Origin: an uncultured Gemmatimonadales bacterium
GTDB lineage: Bacteria > Gemmatimonadota > Gemmatimonadetes > Gemmatimonadales > GWC2-71-9
NCBI GenBank assembly: GCA_963828735.1
Contig: CAWHFW010000002.1
Location: forward strand, 800,001-864,000
Direction: 5' to 3'
Length of the DNA: 64,000 nt
Shown one piece after another: positions 18,660 to 28,934 of the stretch. A model generated the notes under the pieces. That model worked only from the letters and a program-made list of their open reading frames with translations, did no database searches and had not been told where the DNA came from. Within the stretch, counting starts at the first letter, position 1; each line of letters begins with the position of its first letter. The position numbers and the translations under genes are program-made.

Positions 18660-19169
18660 TCAGGACGCCGGGGAAAGCGGCGCCGTGGCGAAGTTCACGT
18701 TGAAGCGGTAGCACCAGATCGTGACCGCCCGATACTTGGTCAGGTCCAGGTCCGCCGGGATGTCGTAGTTCTGGTCGCCCTGGTTGCCCTTGAGCTTGCC
18801 CAGCTCGACGAACCCGGAGCGGGTGACGGATGCGTTGTCGCTCGCGTCGGCCGCCGCGACGAGATAGACCCGGACGTCGGGACCGTTCGATGTCGTGAAG
18901 TCCGTGAACCGGAGCACGCGGTGGCCGTTCCCCAGGTCGTGGACGGTGGCGGTGCCCCTGGTTTCATGCGCGACCGAGTGGAACTGGCCGGAGAGGAGCG
19001 AGGCCGGCACGGCCGGCGCGCCCATGGTCATCCCTTCCGAGACGTCCGCGCCGCTCGTCGTGAGAGTCTCATTCACCCTCTTGTTCACGAACAGGAGCTC
19101 CGGGCGGAACAGGTACCACCCGATCCCCCCGAGTACGACTACGGCGGCGATCCAGATGCGGCGTTTCAT
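18660..19169 (-). CDS. Membrane-anchored DM13 domain protein
   Basis: N-terminal TM; H.T.G.A, F.T.NGPD..VYL, LG.LKGN.GDQNY, V.IWC.RF.V.F..A. Confidence 0.92.
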   Translation of the reverse strand: MKRRIWIAAVVVLGGIGWYLFRPELLFVNKRVNETLTTSGADVSEGMTMGAPAVPASLLSGQFHSVAHETRGTATVHDLGNGHRVLRFTDFTTSNGPDVRVYLVAAADASDNASVTRSGFVELGKLKGNQGDQNYDIPADLDLTKYRAVTIWCYRFNVNFATAPLSPAS

Positions 19170-19228
19170 CCTTCCTTCTCCTTCGGCTGACGGTGGCGAG
19201 CCTTCACGAGCTTGGCGATCGATGGCGG

Positions 19229-20071
19229 CTATAATGCCGCAGGCCCGCCGAAGGTTCCCCGCGTCGCGCGGTACTCGCAGTGGATGCAGCGCCGGGCGTT
19301 CTGATGGTGGAGCTTCGCGCAGAACAGTCGCCCGTTGCGCCGCAGGTGGAGCTCGGCCGCGCCCAGCATGCCCAGCAGCGGCGCGGCGAAGTAGATCCAG
19401 AGCGCGGTCCACTCCCCCGCCCACAGCGCCGAGCCGACCGTACGCGCCGGGTTCATGCTCATGCCGCTGAGCGGTGCCTCGACCGTGATGAACGCCGCCA
19501 CGAGCACGCCCGCGCAGGCACCGGTCAGCCATCCATGACGCGGGTCGCTCGAGACGATCAGCACGACGGTCATGAGGAGAAACGAGATCGCGACCTCCGC
19601 CGCGAATGCCGCACCCACCCCCAGCGGCCCGGGAACCGTCACGGCGTACCGCACCGACTCGTCGGCCACCAGCGGGCCCGCCATCAGCGTGGCGCCCAGC
19701 ACACCGAGCGCCGACCCGACGAACTGCGCGGCGATGTACGCGCCCGCATCCCATCCGCCGATCCGGCCGAGCCGGAGGAACGCCAGGGTGACCGCGGGGT
19801 TGTAGTGCGCCCCGGATTGCTTGCCCCAGCCGGAGTAGTTGAGCGCCACCGCCGTTCCACCCATGGCGATTCCCATGAGCAGTCGGCGTGTGAAGGGACT
19901 CGGCACCATGGCCGGGAGCGGACTCGCGGGATGAAACAGGAATACCGTGAAGAGGCACGCCGACAGCATGAACGTGCCCAGCAGCGCGGCCTCGATGGCG
20001 TACTCGGGCCAGTGCCGCGCCATCGCGCTCGAGGCGAGTGTGGTGGCGGCGGTGGCCGGGCGCGCACTCAC
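19229..20071 (-). CDS. MIP family aquaporin with Cys/His-rich C-terminal tail
   Basis: SGAHYNPAVT and SGMSMNPART NPA boxes, 6 TM; tail CAKLHHQNARRCIHC. Confidence 0.93.
   Translation of the reverse strand: MSARPATAATTLASSAMARHWPEYAIEAALLGTFMLSACLFTVFLFHPASPLPAMVPSPFTRRLLMGIAMGGTAVALNYSGWGKQSGAHYNPAVTLAFLRLGRIGGWDAGAYIAAQFVGSALGVLGATLMAGPLVADESVRYAVTVPGPLGVGAAFAAEVAISFLLMTVVLIVSSDPRHGWLTGACAGVLVAAFITVEAPLSGMSMNPARTVGSALWAGEWTALWIYFAAPLLGMLGAAELHLRRNGRLFCAKLHHQNARRCIHCEYRATRGTFGGPAAL
19233..19258 (-). promoter_or_regulatory. Internal ECF promoter for DM13-spondin and downstream genes
   Basis: Minus strand GGAACC ttcggcgggcctgcgg CATT inside the last codons of the aquaporin gene, 64 bp before ATG 19169. 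Confidence 0.7.
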
Positions 20072-22047
20072 GAGTGCACCAGCTCAAGCTCCGCGTGGGC
20101 GCCGGCCAGGACCTGCTGGTCGAGGCGGAGGAGCTCGCCCACGGACCACGCCTGGAACGGGCAGCCGCGCGGCGTGTGCGGCGGCTCGGCATCGGCGATC
20201 TCCGACACGTGCCCGATGCCCGCGCGCGAGAGATGCAGCTGCAGCGGCGTCAGGAAGCGGGACCGCGCCTCGGCGACCGAGTCGGCCGTGGCGCCCCGGA
20301 CCCGCACCCAGGCCTCGACGAACGGTCCAAGCAGCCAGGGCCAGACTGTGCCCTGATGATAGGCGCTGTCGCGCGAGCGAACGTCGCCCTCGTACCGGGG
20401 CCGATAGTCGTCCGCGTCCGCGGCGAGCGTTCGGAGACCGAGCGGGGTCCACAGCCGCCGCTCGACGGCATCCACGATCCGGCGGGCACGATCGCCCGTG
20501 ACGAGCGGGAACGGCAAGCCGCCGACAGCCAGGATCTGATTGGGCCGCATGGCCGCCTCCAGCGCTCCTGCCACGTGACCCGCGTCCACCACGTCGTAGA
20601 GGCAGCCCTCGGCCTCGTTCCAGAACCGGTCCGCAAAGGCGGCCAGGCCGCGCCTGCGAAGCGAGGCGTAGGCGCCGGTGAACGCCTCCGCGATCGTGAG
20701 CGCGTTGAGCCAGAGGGCCTGGATCTCGACCGGCTTCCCGATCCGGGGCGTCACCACCCAATCGCCCACCTTCGCGTCCATCCAGGTGAGTTGAACGCCG
20801 GGCTCACCCGAGGCCAGCAAGCCGTCCTCCATCGCCCGAATGCCGTACCGCGTGCCCCGGACATGCCCGTCGACAATGGCCCGCACCGCCTCGCCGAGGC
20901 GGGCGCGGTCTGCGGCGGCGGGCTTCCGGCCCTCGGCCTCGACGGCGCGCAGGTAGTCGTGCACCGCGACGACGTACCAGAGCGAGGCATCCACCGTGTT
21001 GTACTCTGGCCCGTCGCCCTGATCCACGAATCGGTTGGGCAGCATCCCTTCGGAGACGAGCCCGGCCCACTCGAGCAGGATGGACCGCGCGTCGCTCAGG
21101 CGCCCCGTCGCCAGACATAACCCGCGGAGCGAGATGAGCGTGTCGCGCCCCCAGTCGGTGAACCATGGATATCCTGCGACGATGGTCTTTCCCTGGCCTC
21201 GCCGGACCAGGTACGCGTCAGCCGCCCGATGCAGCGGCGTCGGGAATCGCGACCGGCGATTCCGCTCGGCGCGACGGAGGCGCGCGTACGCGGAGGCCGC
21301 CTCGGAGCCGGAAGGCACCGTGCCCGCGACGGAGAGCAGGAGGACCGCGTCGCCGTCCGCCAGATCCCAATGCAGCATTCCCGGCGCCGCCAGGTCCTCC
21401 ACGAAATCGAGACCCCGCGCACGCTCCTCGTCATACTGAAAGCCGCGATACCACTGGGGATCGGGCGCGTAGCTCCCGTTGGTGAGCGCCTCGACCGCCG
21501 GCACTCCCTGGTAGGGAGTCCAGGTCACCCGGCCGTGCCCGATGTCCGCGGCGAACCGGAAGGCGGGATTCTCGTGGTGCAGCGCGTGGGAATCGCGGCC
21601 GGAAAGGAACAGGCGCACGGCGAGAGGCACTGGGCCGCGCCGAGCGCTCGCCCGCCATCGCAGCGCCACGAGCGGTTGCCCCGACGGCACGAACAGCTCG
21701 TGCTCGATCCGCGTCCCGTCGGCGAGTCGCCAGGTCCACGTGGGCCACGGCTCCGCACCGAACGATTCGAGCGCGGCGCCCTCCGCCGGCGCGACGAGGC
21801 CCGGCGCGTATCGCTGCCGGCTCAGGTACTCGGGCGCGGCGGCGTGCCCCTCGGCCGTCGCGTGGGCCACCCAGGCGTCGAAGCCGTTCACCAGCACCAT
21901 CCGCCCGGTCGGCGGCGTGGTGGCCACCTGGAGGAGCGCGTGATAGCGCCGGGTGCGGAGCCCGCTCGTCGTTCCGGTCGCGAAGCCGCCCAGACCGTCG
22001 GCCTCCAGCCACTCGGTGGCCTCGTCCAGAGGATAGGGTTCCCTCAT
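20068..22047 (-). CDS. Glycogen debranching enzyme (amylo-alpha-1,6-glucosidase, GDE_N + GDE_C)
   Basis: [59 protein letters not shown]. Confidence 0.95.
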   Translation of the reverse strand: MREPYPLDEATEWLEADGLGGFATGTTSGLRTRRYHALLQVATTPPTGRMVLVNGFDAWVAHATAEGHAAAPEYLSRQRYAPGLVAPAEGAALESFGAEPWPTWTWRLADGTRIEHELFVPSGQPLVALRWRASARRGPVPLAVRLFLSGRDSHALHHENPAFRFAADIGHGRVTWTPYQGVPAVEALTNGSYAPDPQWYRGFQYDEERARGLDFVEDLAAPGMLHWDLADGDAVLLLSVAGTVPSGSEAASAYARLRRAERNRRSRFPTPLHRAADAYLVRRGQGKTIVAGYPWFTDWGRDTLISLRGLCLATGRLSDARSILLEWAGLVSEGMLPNRFVDQGDGPEYNTVDASLWYVVAVHDYLRAVEAEGRKPAAADRARLGEAVRAIVDGHVRGTRYGIRAMEDGLLASGEPGVQLTWMDAKVGDWVVTPRIGKPVEIQALWLNALTIAEAFTGAYASLRRRGLAAFADRFWNEAEGCLYDVVDAGHVAGALEAAMRPNQILAVGGLPFPLVTGDRARRIVDAVERRLWTPLGLRTLAADADDYRPRYEGDVRSRDSAYHQGTVWPWLLGPFVEAWVRVRGATADSVAEARSRFLTPLQLHLSRAGIGHVSEIADAEPPHTPRGCPFQAWSVGELLRLDQQVLAGAHAELELVHS

Positions 22048-24773
22048 CGCGCGCTCCCCGTCAGCCGCCGGCTCTCCGTCGGCGCGACCGCGGACCCACC
22101 CGCGGCACGGCGGCGCGCGGTACCCTCGATGCAGCGGAGCACGAGCGACGTCCAGCCGGTCTGATGGCTCGCTCCGACGCCCCGGCCGGTATCGCCGTGG
22201 AAATATTCGTGGAACAGGATCAGGTCCTTCCAATGCGGATCCGTCGCATAGCGCTCCTCGTCGCCATGACACGGCCGATGCCCGGAGCGGTCGGCCAGGA
22301 ACGTGTTCGCCAGCCGCTGCTCCAGCTCGTGGGCCACCTCCTGCAGATTCATCAACCGTCCCGAGCCGACCGGGCACTCGATGGTGAGCCCTTCACCGTA
22401 GAAGTGGTGGTAGCGCTCCAGCGCCTCGAGCAGGAGATAGTTGATCGGAAACCAGATCGGGCCTCGCCAGTTCGAGTTTCCGCCGAACAAGCCCGTGTTG
22501 CCCTCCGCGGGGACATAGTCCACGCGGTGCACCATGCCCTGGACCTCGATCTCGTACGGCCGGTCGCGGTGTACCCTGGACACCGAGCGAATGCCGTGCG
22601 GTGACAGGAACTCGCTTTCGTCCAGGACATAGCGGAGCACTCGCTGCAGCCGCTCGCGAGTCGGGATGGCGAGCAGGCGCTTGAGGAGGTGGCCCTCGCC
22701 CATCCGAGGCTCCATGCACGCGATGCGGGCCGCCAGATCCGACCGGTTGGTGAGAAACCATGTCACGCGCTTCCGAAAGCCCTCGAGCCGCTCGAACTTC
22801 GCCTCATCGAGCACCTCCACGGCAATGAGCGGAATGATGCCCACGAGCGACCGGACCTTGAGCGCGCGGTGCTCGCCATCCACATGCAGCTGGTCGTAGT
22901 AGAACCCGTCGTCGTCGCTCCAGAGGCCGGAGCCGCCCAGGCTGTTGATCGCATCCGCGATGGCGACAAAATGCTCGAAGAATTTCGACGCCACATCCTC
23001 GTACGCCGGATCCTCGCTGGCCAGCTCGAGCGCCATCGACAGCATCGTGTTGCAGTAGAACGCCATCCAGGCCGTGCCGTCGGCTTGCTCCAGATGCCCG
23101 CCCGTGGGAAGCGGTCGCGACCGGTCGAACACACCGATGTTGTCCAGGCCGAGGAACCCGCCGGCGAACAGGTTCCGTCCCTCGGGATCCTTCCGGTTCA
23201 CCCACCAGGTGAAGTTGAGCAACAGCTTCTGGAACACGCGCTCGAGGAACAGCCGGTCACGCTGACCCTTGGGGCCCGTCATCTTGTAGACCCGCCAGCA
23301 GGCCCACGCGTGGACCGGCGGGTTCACGTCGTCGAAGGCGAATTCGTAGGCCGGGATCTGCCCGTTCGGGTGCATGTACCACTCGCGGAGCAGCAGCACG
23401 AGCTGCTCCTTGGCGAAGTGGGGGTCCACCTTGGCGAACGGAATCATGTGGAACGCCAGGTCCCAGGCGGCGAACCACGGATACTCCCACTTGTCGGGCA
23501 TCGAGATGACGTCGCGGTTGTAGACATGCGGCCACTCGGTGTTGCGACCTGCCAACCGACTCGACGGCGGCGGCGGCTGCGCCGGGTCGCCCTCGAGCCA
23601 ATCGCGCTGCACGTAGTGGTAGAACTGCTTGCTCCACAGCAGCCCGGCATACCCCTGACGGAGCACGCGCCGCTCGTCTTCGGTGGCGGCCGAGGGAACG
23701 CGCTCCGCGTAGAACTCGTCGGCCTCGGAGATCCGGTCCGCGAACACGCTGTCGAACGCGGGGCCAAATGCCGATCCGGCGGAATGCCGCGCCGCGCGGA
23801 GCCGGAGGCGAACCATGCGTTCACCACCCGCCGGCACGACCAGTCGATAGCGGAAGGCGGCCTTGGTTCCCTCCTCGGCGGGATTGATCGCCGCCGACTC
23901 ACCGTTCACGATCGCGCGGTGGAAGGCGTCCTTCACGTATGGCTGCGGGTTCGGCGCGCCGAACAGTCGGGAGGCGTTGGTCTCGTTTTCGGTGAAGAGC
24001 AGCGCCGGGAGGCCATCGGAAGCCGTGTCCGCCTCGAGCACGTAGCGGCCGAGGCCGGCGTGCTCCGCCGCGATGGCTGCCCCGCCTCCGGCCAAGCGCC
24101 GGAGCGTTGGTTTCGGCCAGTAGCCTTCGCCCGAGCGGCCCCAACTCCAGGTGTTCCGAAACCACACGGTCGGGAGCACGTCCAGGGTCGCAGGCTCCGG
24201 ACCGCGATTGGCCACGGTGATGCGGATGAGAATGTCCTCCTCATCGGCCTTGGCGTACTCGGCGATGACATCGAAATACCGGCCATCATCGAAGACTCCG
24301 GTGTCGAGCAGCTCGTATTCGGGCTCGGTCTTGCTCCGCTCGCGGTTGACGCGGACCAGCGGCTCGTAGGGGTACTCGGCCTGGGGGTACTTGTAGAGGC
24401 CTTTCAGGTAGGAGTGCGTCGGCGTAGAGTCGAGATAGTAGTAGAGCTCCTTCACGTCCTCGCCGTGGTTCCCCTCCGGCCCGGTGAGGCCGAAGAGCCG
24501 CTCCTTCAGGATGGGGTCGCGCCCGTTCCACAGCGCGAGCGCGAAGCAGAGACGACATTGCCGGTCGGTGATGCCGAGCAGACCGTCTTCGCCCCAGCGA
24601 TAGGTTCGGCTCCGCGATTGCTCGTGCGAGAAATAGTCCCAGACGCTGCCGTCGCCCGAGTAGTCCTCTCGCACCGTCCCCCACTGCCGCTCGGCGAGGT
24701 ATGGCCCCCAGCGCTTCCAGTTTCCCTCACGGCGCGCGTCCGATGCCAGGCGTCCCGCTTCGGCTCCCATCAT
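22044..24773 (-). CDS. GH63 / MGH1-like alpha-glucosidase
   Basis: [56 protein letters not shown]. Confidence 0.94.
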   Translation of the reverse strand: MMGAEAGRLASDARREGNWKRWGPYLAERQWGTVREDYSGDGSVWDYFSHEQSRSRTYRWGEDGLLGITDRQCRLCFALALWNGRDPILKERLFGLTGPEGNHGEDVKELYYYLDSTPTHSYLKGLYKYPQAEYPYEPLVRVNRERSKTEPEYELLDTGVFDDGRYFDVIAEYAKADEEDILIRITVANRGPEPATLDVLPTVWFRNTWSWGRSGEGYWPKPTLRRLAGGGAAIAAEHAGLGRYVLEADTASDGLPALLFTENETNASRLFGAPNPQPYVKDAFHRAIVNGESAAINPAEEGTKAAFRYRLVVPAGGERMVRLRLRAARHSAGSAFGPAFDSVFADRISEADEFYAERVPSAATEDERRVLRQGYAGLLWSKQFYHYVQRDWLEGDPAQPPPPSSRLAGRNTEWPHVYNRDVISMPDKWEYPWFAAWDLAFHMIPFAKVDPHFAKEQLVLLLREWYMHPNGQIPAYEFAFDDVNPPVHAWACWRVYKMTGPKGQRDRLFLERVFQKLLLNFTWWVNRKDPEGRNLFAGGFLGLDNIGVFDRSRPLPTGGHLEQADGTAWMAFYCNTMLSMALELASEDPAYEDVASKFFEHFVAIADAINSLGGSGLWSDDDGFYYDQLHVDGEHRALKVRSLVGIIPLIAVEVLDEAKFERLEGFRKRVTWFLTNRSDLAARIACMEPRMGEGHLLKRLLAIPTRERLQRVLRYVLDESEFLSPHGIRSVSRVHRDRPYEIEVQGMVHRVDYVPAEGNTGLFGGNSNWRGPIWFPINYLLLEALERYHHFYGEGLTIECPVGSGRLMNLQEVAHELEQRLANTFLADRSGHRPCHGDEERYATDPHWKDLILFHEYFHGDTGRGVGASHQTGWTSLVLRCIEGTARRRAAGGSAVAPTESRRLTGSAR

Positions 24774-24784
24774 CGACCTCCGTC

Positions 24785-25048
24785 CTAGTACATGGTCTCG
24801 ATCATGAGACGGGTGTGGATGGCCCCGCGCAGCGCTGCCGGCAATGCGATGCGGCGCAGTCGGGCGCGGATGCCCTCGATCACCCTCCGCTCGAACCGGA
24901 CCGCCGAGGCGCAGGCGCGGCAACCAGCCAGGTGCCGCTCGACCCGCCGAAGATCCTCGCCCCTGAGCGCTCGATCCACATAGTCGTCGAGCCGACGTAC
25001 AACGTTCTCGCAGTCGTTGCGGTCCATCGAGTCGGGTGCTGCAGTCAT
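24785..25048 (-). CDS. Second zf-HC2 (ZAS) anti-sigma factor
   Basis: C...[11 protein letters not shown]...RHLAGCRAC; clear paralog of 12940-13218; heads the GH63 operon. Confidence 0.9.
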   Translation of the reverse strand: MTAAPDSMDRNDCENVVRRLDDYVDRALRGEDLRRVERHLAGCRACASAVRFERRVIEGIRARLRRIALPAALRGAIHTRLMIETMY

Positions 25049-25106
25049 GCACGTGCCTTTCGCGGACTGGAACGGGCCGATGCCGCTGGAACCCCGACAC
25101 GGCCGA

Positions 25107-25132
25107 AACGCCGGCAAACCGGGATTGGTTCC
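25107..25132 (-). promoter_or_regulatory. ECF promoter for the anti-sigma/GH63 operon
   Basis: Minus strand GGAACC aatcccggtttgccgg CGTT, 59 bp before ATG 25048; shares GGAACCAATCCCG with the 8139 copy. Confidence 0.8.
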
Positions 25133-25159
25133 ACGCCGGAAGTGGGGTCCCGGGGGGTC

Positions 25160-25187
25160 TGGACCGGGGGGCCCCGGGCGGTATACT
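25160..25187 (+). promoter_or_regulatory. Possible sigma70 promoter for the pentapeptide gene
   Basis: TGGACC-N16-TATACT. Confidence 0.4.
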
Positions 25188-25339
25188 AGGCTGTCCCTCA
25201 AGCGGTCCTGCCGCGAGCTCCTGCAGGGCCCGGTTCCACGCCCAGACGTCGGTCTCGATCCCAACCCGGATATGCCCGGGCGGTACTGCCTCTCCTGTTC
25301 GTCCGAAGGCCACCAGCTGCCTGGTCCTGGAGATTGCCC

Positions 25340-26158
25340 ATGATCGAGATCCGCGCGAAGGACTCCGACGCCGTTCTCCTGCGCTTGCCCGCCGACACGC
25401 TTGCGGGTGCGACCCTCGCGGGCCTCGCGTTGCCTGGAGCGGACCTGGCGGGCGCCGACTTGCGCGGGAGCGACTTTCGAGGCGCGGACCTCTGCAAGGC
25501 GCGGCTCGTCGGGGCGGACCTTCGCGGGGCGCACCTTGACGGGGCAGACCTCACCTCGGCCGACCTCACGGATGCCGACCTGACCGGCGCTCACCTGAGC
25601 GACGTCACGTTCCTCGCAGCCACGTTCCTGCGTTCGCGGCTGGCGCGAGCCGACGCGCTGCGCGCGACGTTCGAGTTCGCCACGCTGCGTGACGCGGCGT
25701 GCGGCAGCGCCTCCTTCGTGCGGGCCGATTTCAGCCATTCCATCGTCGTGGGCTGCGATTTCTCCGGCGCCGACCTCTCGGCCGCCACCCTCAGTCACTC
25801 CACCTGGCGCCAGTGCAACCTCGCCTATGCCACGCTCGCGATGGCCGTGCTGGACGGGACCTGTCTTGCCGAGACCGACTTGAGCCATGCCGAGCTCTCG
25901 CGCGCCTTCCTGGCAGGCCCCACGCTGGCCGGCGCCGATTTCACCGGGGCCACTCTCGGCCGGACCGTGCTCGCGGCGTGCGCCGACCTCTCGCGTGCCC
26001 GCGGCCTCGAGGCGGTCGTGCACCACGGGCATTCGTGTGTGGATCTGGCGACACTTCGGGCGGGCTTGGACACGCTGCCTGAAAGCTTCCTGCAGGGTGC
26101 GGGGGTGGAGCGCGACGAGCTGGAGGCACTGAGGAGCGCCATGGCTCCGTCGCACTAG
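25340..26158 (+). CDS. Pentapeptide repeat protein
   Basis: Long A(D/N)LxG repeat run; GGAG RBS; C-terminal non-repeat cap. Confidence 0.92.
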   Translation: MIEIRAKDSDAVLLRLPADTLAGATLAGLALPGADLAGADLRGSDFRGADLCKARLVGADLRGAHLDGADLTSADLTDADLTGAHLSDVTFLAATFLRSRLARADALRATFEFATLRDAACGSASFVRADFSHSIVVGCDFSGADLSAATLSHSTWRQCNLAYATLAMAVLDGTCLAETDLSHAELSRAFLAGPTLAGADFTGATLGRTVLAACADLSRARGLEAVVHHGHSCVDLATLRAGLDTLPESFLQGAGVERDELEALRSAMAPSH

Positions 26159-26281
26159 CGGCCGGTCGTTTTCAATCTAGCAGCGACTCGACGTCTTGAA
26201 GCGGGCTCGCCCTCGCGACCGGACGTGGGAGCAGTGTCAGGTCGTTCGGGGCGCGCCGGACTTCCGCGGATCGCCCGAACG

Positions 26282-26316
26282 AAAAAGGGGGCAAGCTCCC
26301 GAGGAGCATGCCCCCT
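26282..26316 (-). terminator. Intrinsic terminator of the DUF4153 operon
   Basis: Minus strand AGGGGGCATGCTCC-TCG-GGAGCTTGCCCCC followed by TTTTT; a second hairpin lies at ~26242-26282. Confidence 0.8.
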
Positions 26317-26337
26317 GCACACCGAGCCACCCCCGCG

Positions 26338-27795
26338 TCAGGTTCGACCGGAAGCGTCGCAGCCGATCGCCCCGCGTGGGGCTCGCGCGAGCGCGATGGT
26401 CCAGCGATTGGCGTTCTCGAACACATGACGCCAGCGCTCATCGAGCCTCGCCGCCGCGGTACACGCGTCCGCGCTCGCCAGCTTCGGCAGCCCCCGATGG
26501 AGCGCAGGCAGCGCGTCAGCGCTCAGCTCTTCCGCGTAGCTGACGTCGAACGGGCGGCCTCGCGCGGCGCGGTCCAGGTTCACGCTCGCGATGACACCGT
26601 CCGGATTGGCCAGATTGAGCCCCGCCAACACCAGCCAGCCCGCCAGCAGAGCGCCCGTGCCGAAACGCTCGCGCCGCCCCCGGAGCACGGTCGCTCCGAA
26701 CCAGCCGAAGACGAGCACCAGCCACCCCATGAAGGCCGTGGTGTAGAACCGGAGCTCGGTGAGACCGAACTCGATCGTGTACAGCCGCATGCGGTAGAGC
26801 GCGGAGGCGAGCATCACGTCGAGGAGGACCAGCATCAGCAGGGCGAGGCGACGGAAGGCGCGTGCCCGGCCGGGATCGCGCTGGTCGAGTGACCAGTCCG
26901 CCAGGAGGAGCAGCGGCAGCGAGAGTGCCGCCACCGTCACCAGCTCGAAGAACCCGCGCCGGGCGTACTCGGCGTAGCTCAGGCCCGTGACCTCGCGCAC
27001 CAGCTCGGCGCCCCCGAACAGATAACGGAATTGGACCGCCACGAACGCGAGGAAGAGCAGGTCCACCGCCGCCAGGACCACTCCGACCTGCGCCAGCCCG
27101 AGCGTGCCGCGCCGCGCCGCGACATCGACGGCAGCGTCCGGACGGCACAGGGCGCGCAGAATGCCGGCAGCGAGCCAGGCCCACAGGAAGATGACGCCGG
27201 TGTGCGACGCGAGCGCTCCCACATCGAAATTGAACGAGCGCACCACCAACCGATCGAACACCGGATCGGCCTGCATGAGCAGGCTTCCGAACACCGCGGC
27301 GACCGGTACCGCGGCCGCGAGGCCGACGGCCGCGCCACCCGCCTGCCGCATCCGGCCCCCGACCGGCAGCGTTCGCCAGTCCACCTCGCTGAACGCGACG
27401 ATCGGCGCGCCGCTCGCGGCGCCGCCGAGCAGCTCGCTCGCGCCGCGCGCGTAGTCGCCCAGGCCCGCCCGCCTGCGACCCACCGCGCGAAGTCTCGGAG
27501 ACGCGAGCGCCCCGACCGTCGCCACGCCGGCCAGATTAACGGCGAAGAGCGCCGGAGAGTCCCGCCATATAAGGGCGATGCCGAGCAGCGCGAGCGGTAA
27601 GCCGAGCGGCGTGAGAGATCCGGGTAATCGGACGGCGCCACTGTGCGCCATCGCCAACAGGATGAGAACGAGGGCTCCGAGGCCCAGTGCGGCGTCGAGC
27701 CGGCCCGGGACCGTTCGCGCGAGGACATCGGCGACCACTCCGAACGCCAGCGCTCCCGCGAGGACTGCGATTCCCTGCCGGGTCCGGTCCGTCAT
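26338..27795 (-). CDS. DUF4153/DUF4173 family polytopic membrane protein
   Basis: LL..ADPVF, QF.YLFGG, YAEYARRGFFEL, RM.LY...FGLT.LR, LSADALP. Confidence 0.9.
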   Translation of the reverse strand: MTDRTRQGIAVLAGALAFGVVADVLARTVPGRLDAALGLGALVLILLAMAHSGAVRLPGSLTPLGLPLALLGIALIWRDSPALFAVNLAGVATVGALASPRLRAVGRRRAGLGDYARGASELLGGAASGAPIVAFSEVDWRTLPVGGRMRQAGGAAVGLAAAVPVAAVFGSLLMQADPVFDRLVVRSFNFDVGALASHTGVIFLWAWLAAGILRALCRPDAAVDVAARRGTLGLAQVGVVLAAVDLLFLAFVAVQFRYLFGGAELVREVTGLSYAEYARRGFFELVTVAALSLPLLLLADWSLDQRDPGRARAFRRLALLMLVLLDVMLASALYRMRLYTIEFGLTELRFYTTAFMGWLVLVFGWFGATVLRGRRERFGTGALLAGWLVLAGLNLANPDGVIASVNLDRAARGRPFDVSYAEELSADALPALHRGLPKLASADACTAAARLDERWRHVFENANRWTIALARAPRGAIGCDASGRT

Positions 27796-27798
27796 GGG

Positions 27799-28509
27799 TC
27801 AGCCGGCCGCCGCGTCGGGCAGGCCACCGAAGCGGCGATCGCGCGCGCTGAAGTCGCGTACCGCTTGGGCTAACGCCTCGGGTCCGAACTCGGGCCACAT
27901 GAGCGGCGTGAAGTGCAGCTCGGCGTAGGCCGCCTCCCACAGGAGGAAATCGCTGAGCCGGCGCTCGCCGCCGGTACGTATGAGCAGGTCCACCTCTGGC
28001 GCGGGCACCCCATGGTCCACGATCGCGAGGAGGCGGCCGAACGATTCGCGCGACGGCACGGTCTCCGGCCGCAGGCACTGGGCCGCGCGGAGGATTGCGT
28101 CCCGCGAGGAATAGTCGAGGGCGATACGGAGGTGCAGTCGGGTTCCCCCGGCGGTCGCGCGCTGCGCCTCCTCGACGGCCTGACGGAGCGCGGGGCTGAG
28201 CCGGTCCCGCCGTCCGATCACCTCGAGCCGAACGCCGTTGGCGACGCAGCGCGGTGTCTCCATCCGCAGGTACTCACGGAAGAGACGCATCAGCCAACCG
28301 ACCTCCGCCTGCGGCCGGCGCCAGTTGTCAGCGGAGAAGGCGTACAGCGTGAGGACGCCGATGCCCGCGTCGGGCGCGGCCTCGACGATGCGCCGCACCA
28401 TCGCGGCTCCCGCCCGGTGCCCCGCCGACCGCGACCGGCCTTGTCGCGTGGCCCACCGGCCGTTGCCGTCCATGATGATGCCGACGTGAATCGCCGTGCT
28501 TTGCTGCAT
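27799..28509 (-). CDS. uppS: Cis-prenyltransferase (UppS-like, divergent paralog)
   Basis: [49 protein letters not shown]. Confidence 0.9.
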   Translation of the reverse strand: MQQSTAIHVGIIMDGNGRWATRQGRSRSAGHRAGAAMVRRIVEAAPDAGIGVLTLYAFSADNWRRPQAEVGWLMRLFREYLRMETPRCVANGVRLEVIGRRDRLSPALRQAVEEAQRATAGGTRLHLRIALDYSSRDAILRAAQCLRPETVPSRESFGRLLAIVDHGVPAPEVDLLIRTGGERRLSDFLLWEAAYAELHFTPLMWPEFGPEALAQAVRDFSARDRRFGGLPDAAAG

Positions 28510-28516
28510 AAAGTCG
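28496..28516. promoter_or_regulatory. Second copy of the 7-7-7 palindromic operator, overlapping the uppS start codon
   Basis: GTGCTTT-GCTGCAT-AAAGTCG versus GTACTTT-ACAGTAT-AAAGTAC at 29575. Confidence 0.6.
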
Positions 28517-28538
28517 CTCCGCAAAAAAAAAGAGGGGT

Positions 28539-28934
28539 CTAGTGCTCGCGCGTGGCCCGAATCAGCGCTTCCATGTGCTCCAGGTAGCGCTCGAGCGCGC
28601 GGCGGCCCGCGGGGCTCAGCCGGAACTCGGTGCGGGGAACCCGGCCCTCGAACGTCTTGGTGCACACGACGTACCCGGCCTCCTCCAGCTTCCGGGCGTG
28701 CACGCTGAGATTGCCATCGGTCGTGTCGAGCAGGCGCTTGAGCTCGTTGAAGCTCAAAGCCTCGTTGACCGCGAGGGCGCTTACGATCGCGAGGCGCATC
28801 CGCTCGTGGATGAGTCGGTCGAGCTCGAGTGGGTCGGGCGCGGCGCCGCCGCGCTCGCCGCGGAGCGGCGCTGCCGGCGGCGAGGCGCCATGCGCGGGAC
28901 GCCCTTTGGGCGCCAGGTTGGAGTCAGCCACCAT
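28539..28934 (-). CDS. Winged-helix transcriptional regulator (HTH_34, ArsR/MarR-like)
   Basis: [48 protein letters not shown]. Confidence 0.92.
   Translation of the reverse strand: MVADSNLAPKGRPAHGASPPAAPLRGERGGAAPDPLELDRLIHERMRLAIVSALAVNEALSFNELKRLLDTTDGNLSVHARKLEEAGYVVCTKTFEGRVPRTEFRLSPAGRRALERYLEHMEALIRATREH

Noticed and set aside
25212..25242. Extra GGCGTGGAACC -35-like box on the minus strand
   Set aside because: The -10 position reads CGCG, not CRTT; not counted as a promoter
25340..26000. 15-bp periodicity resembling a DNA tandem repeat
   Set aside because: Explained by the pentapeptide-repeat coding sequence
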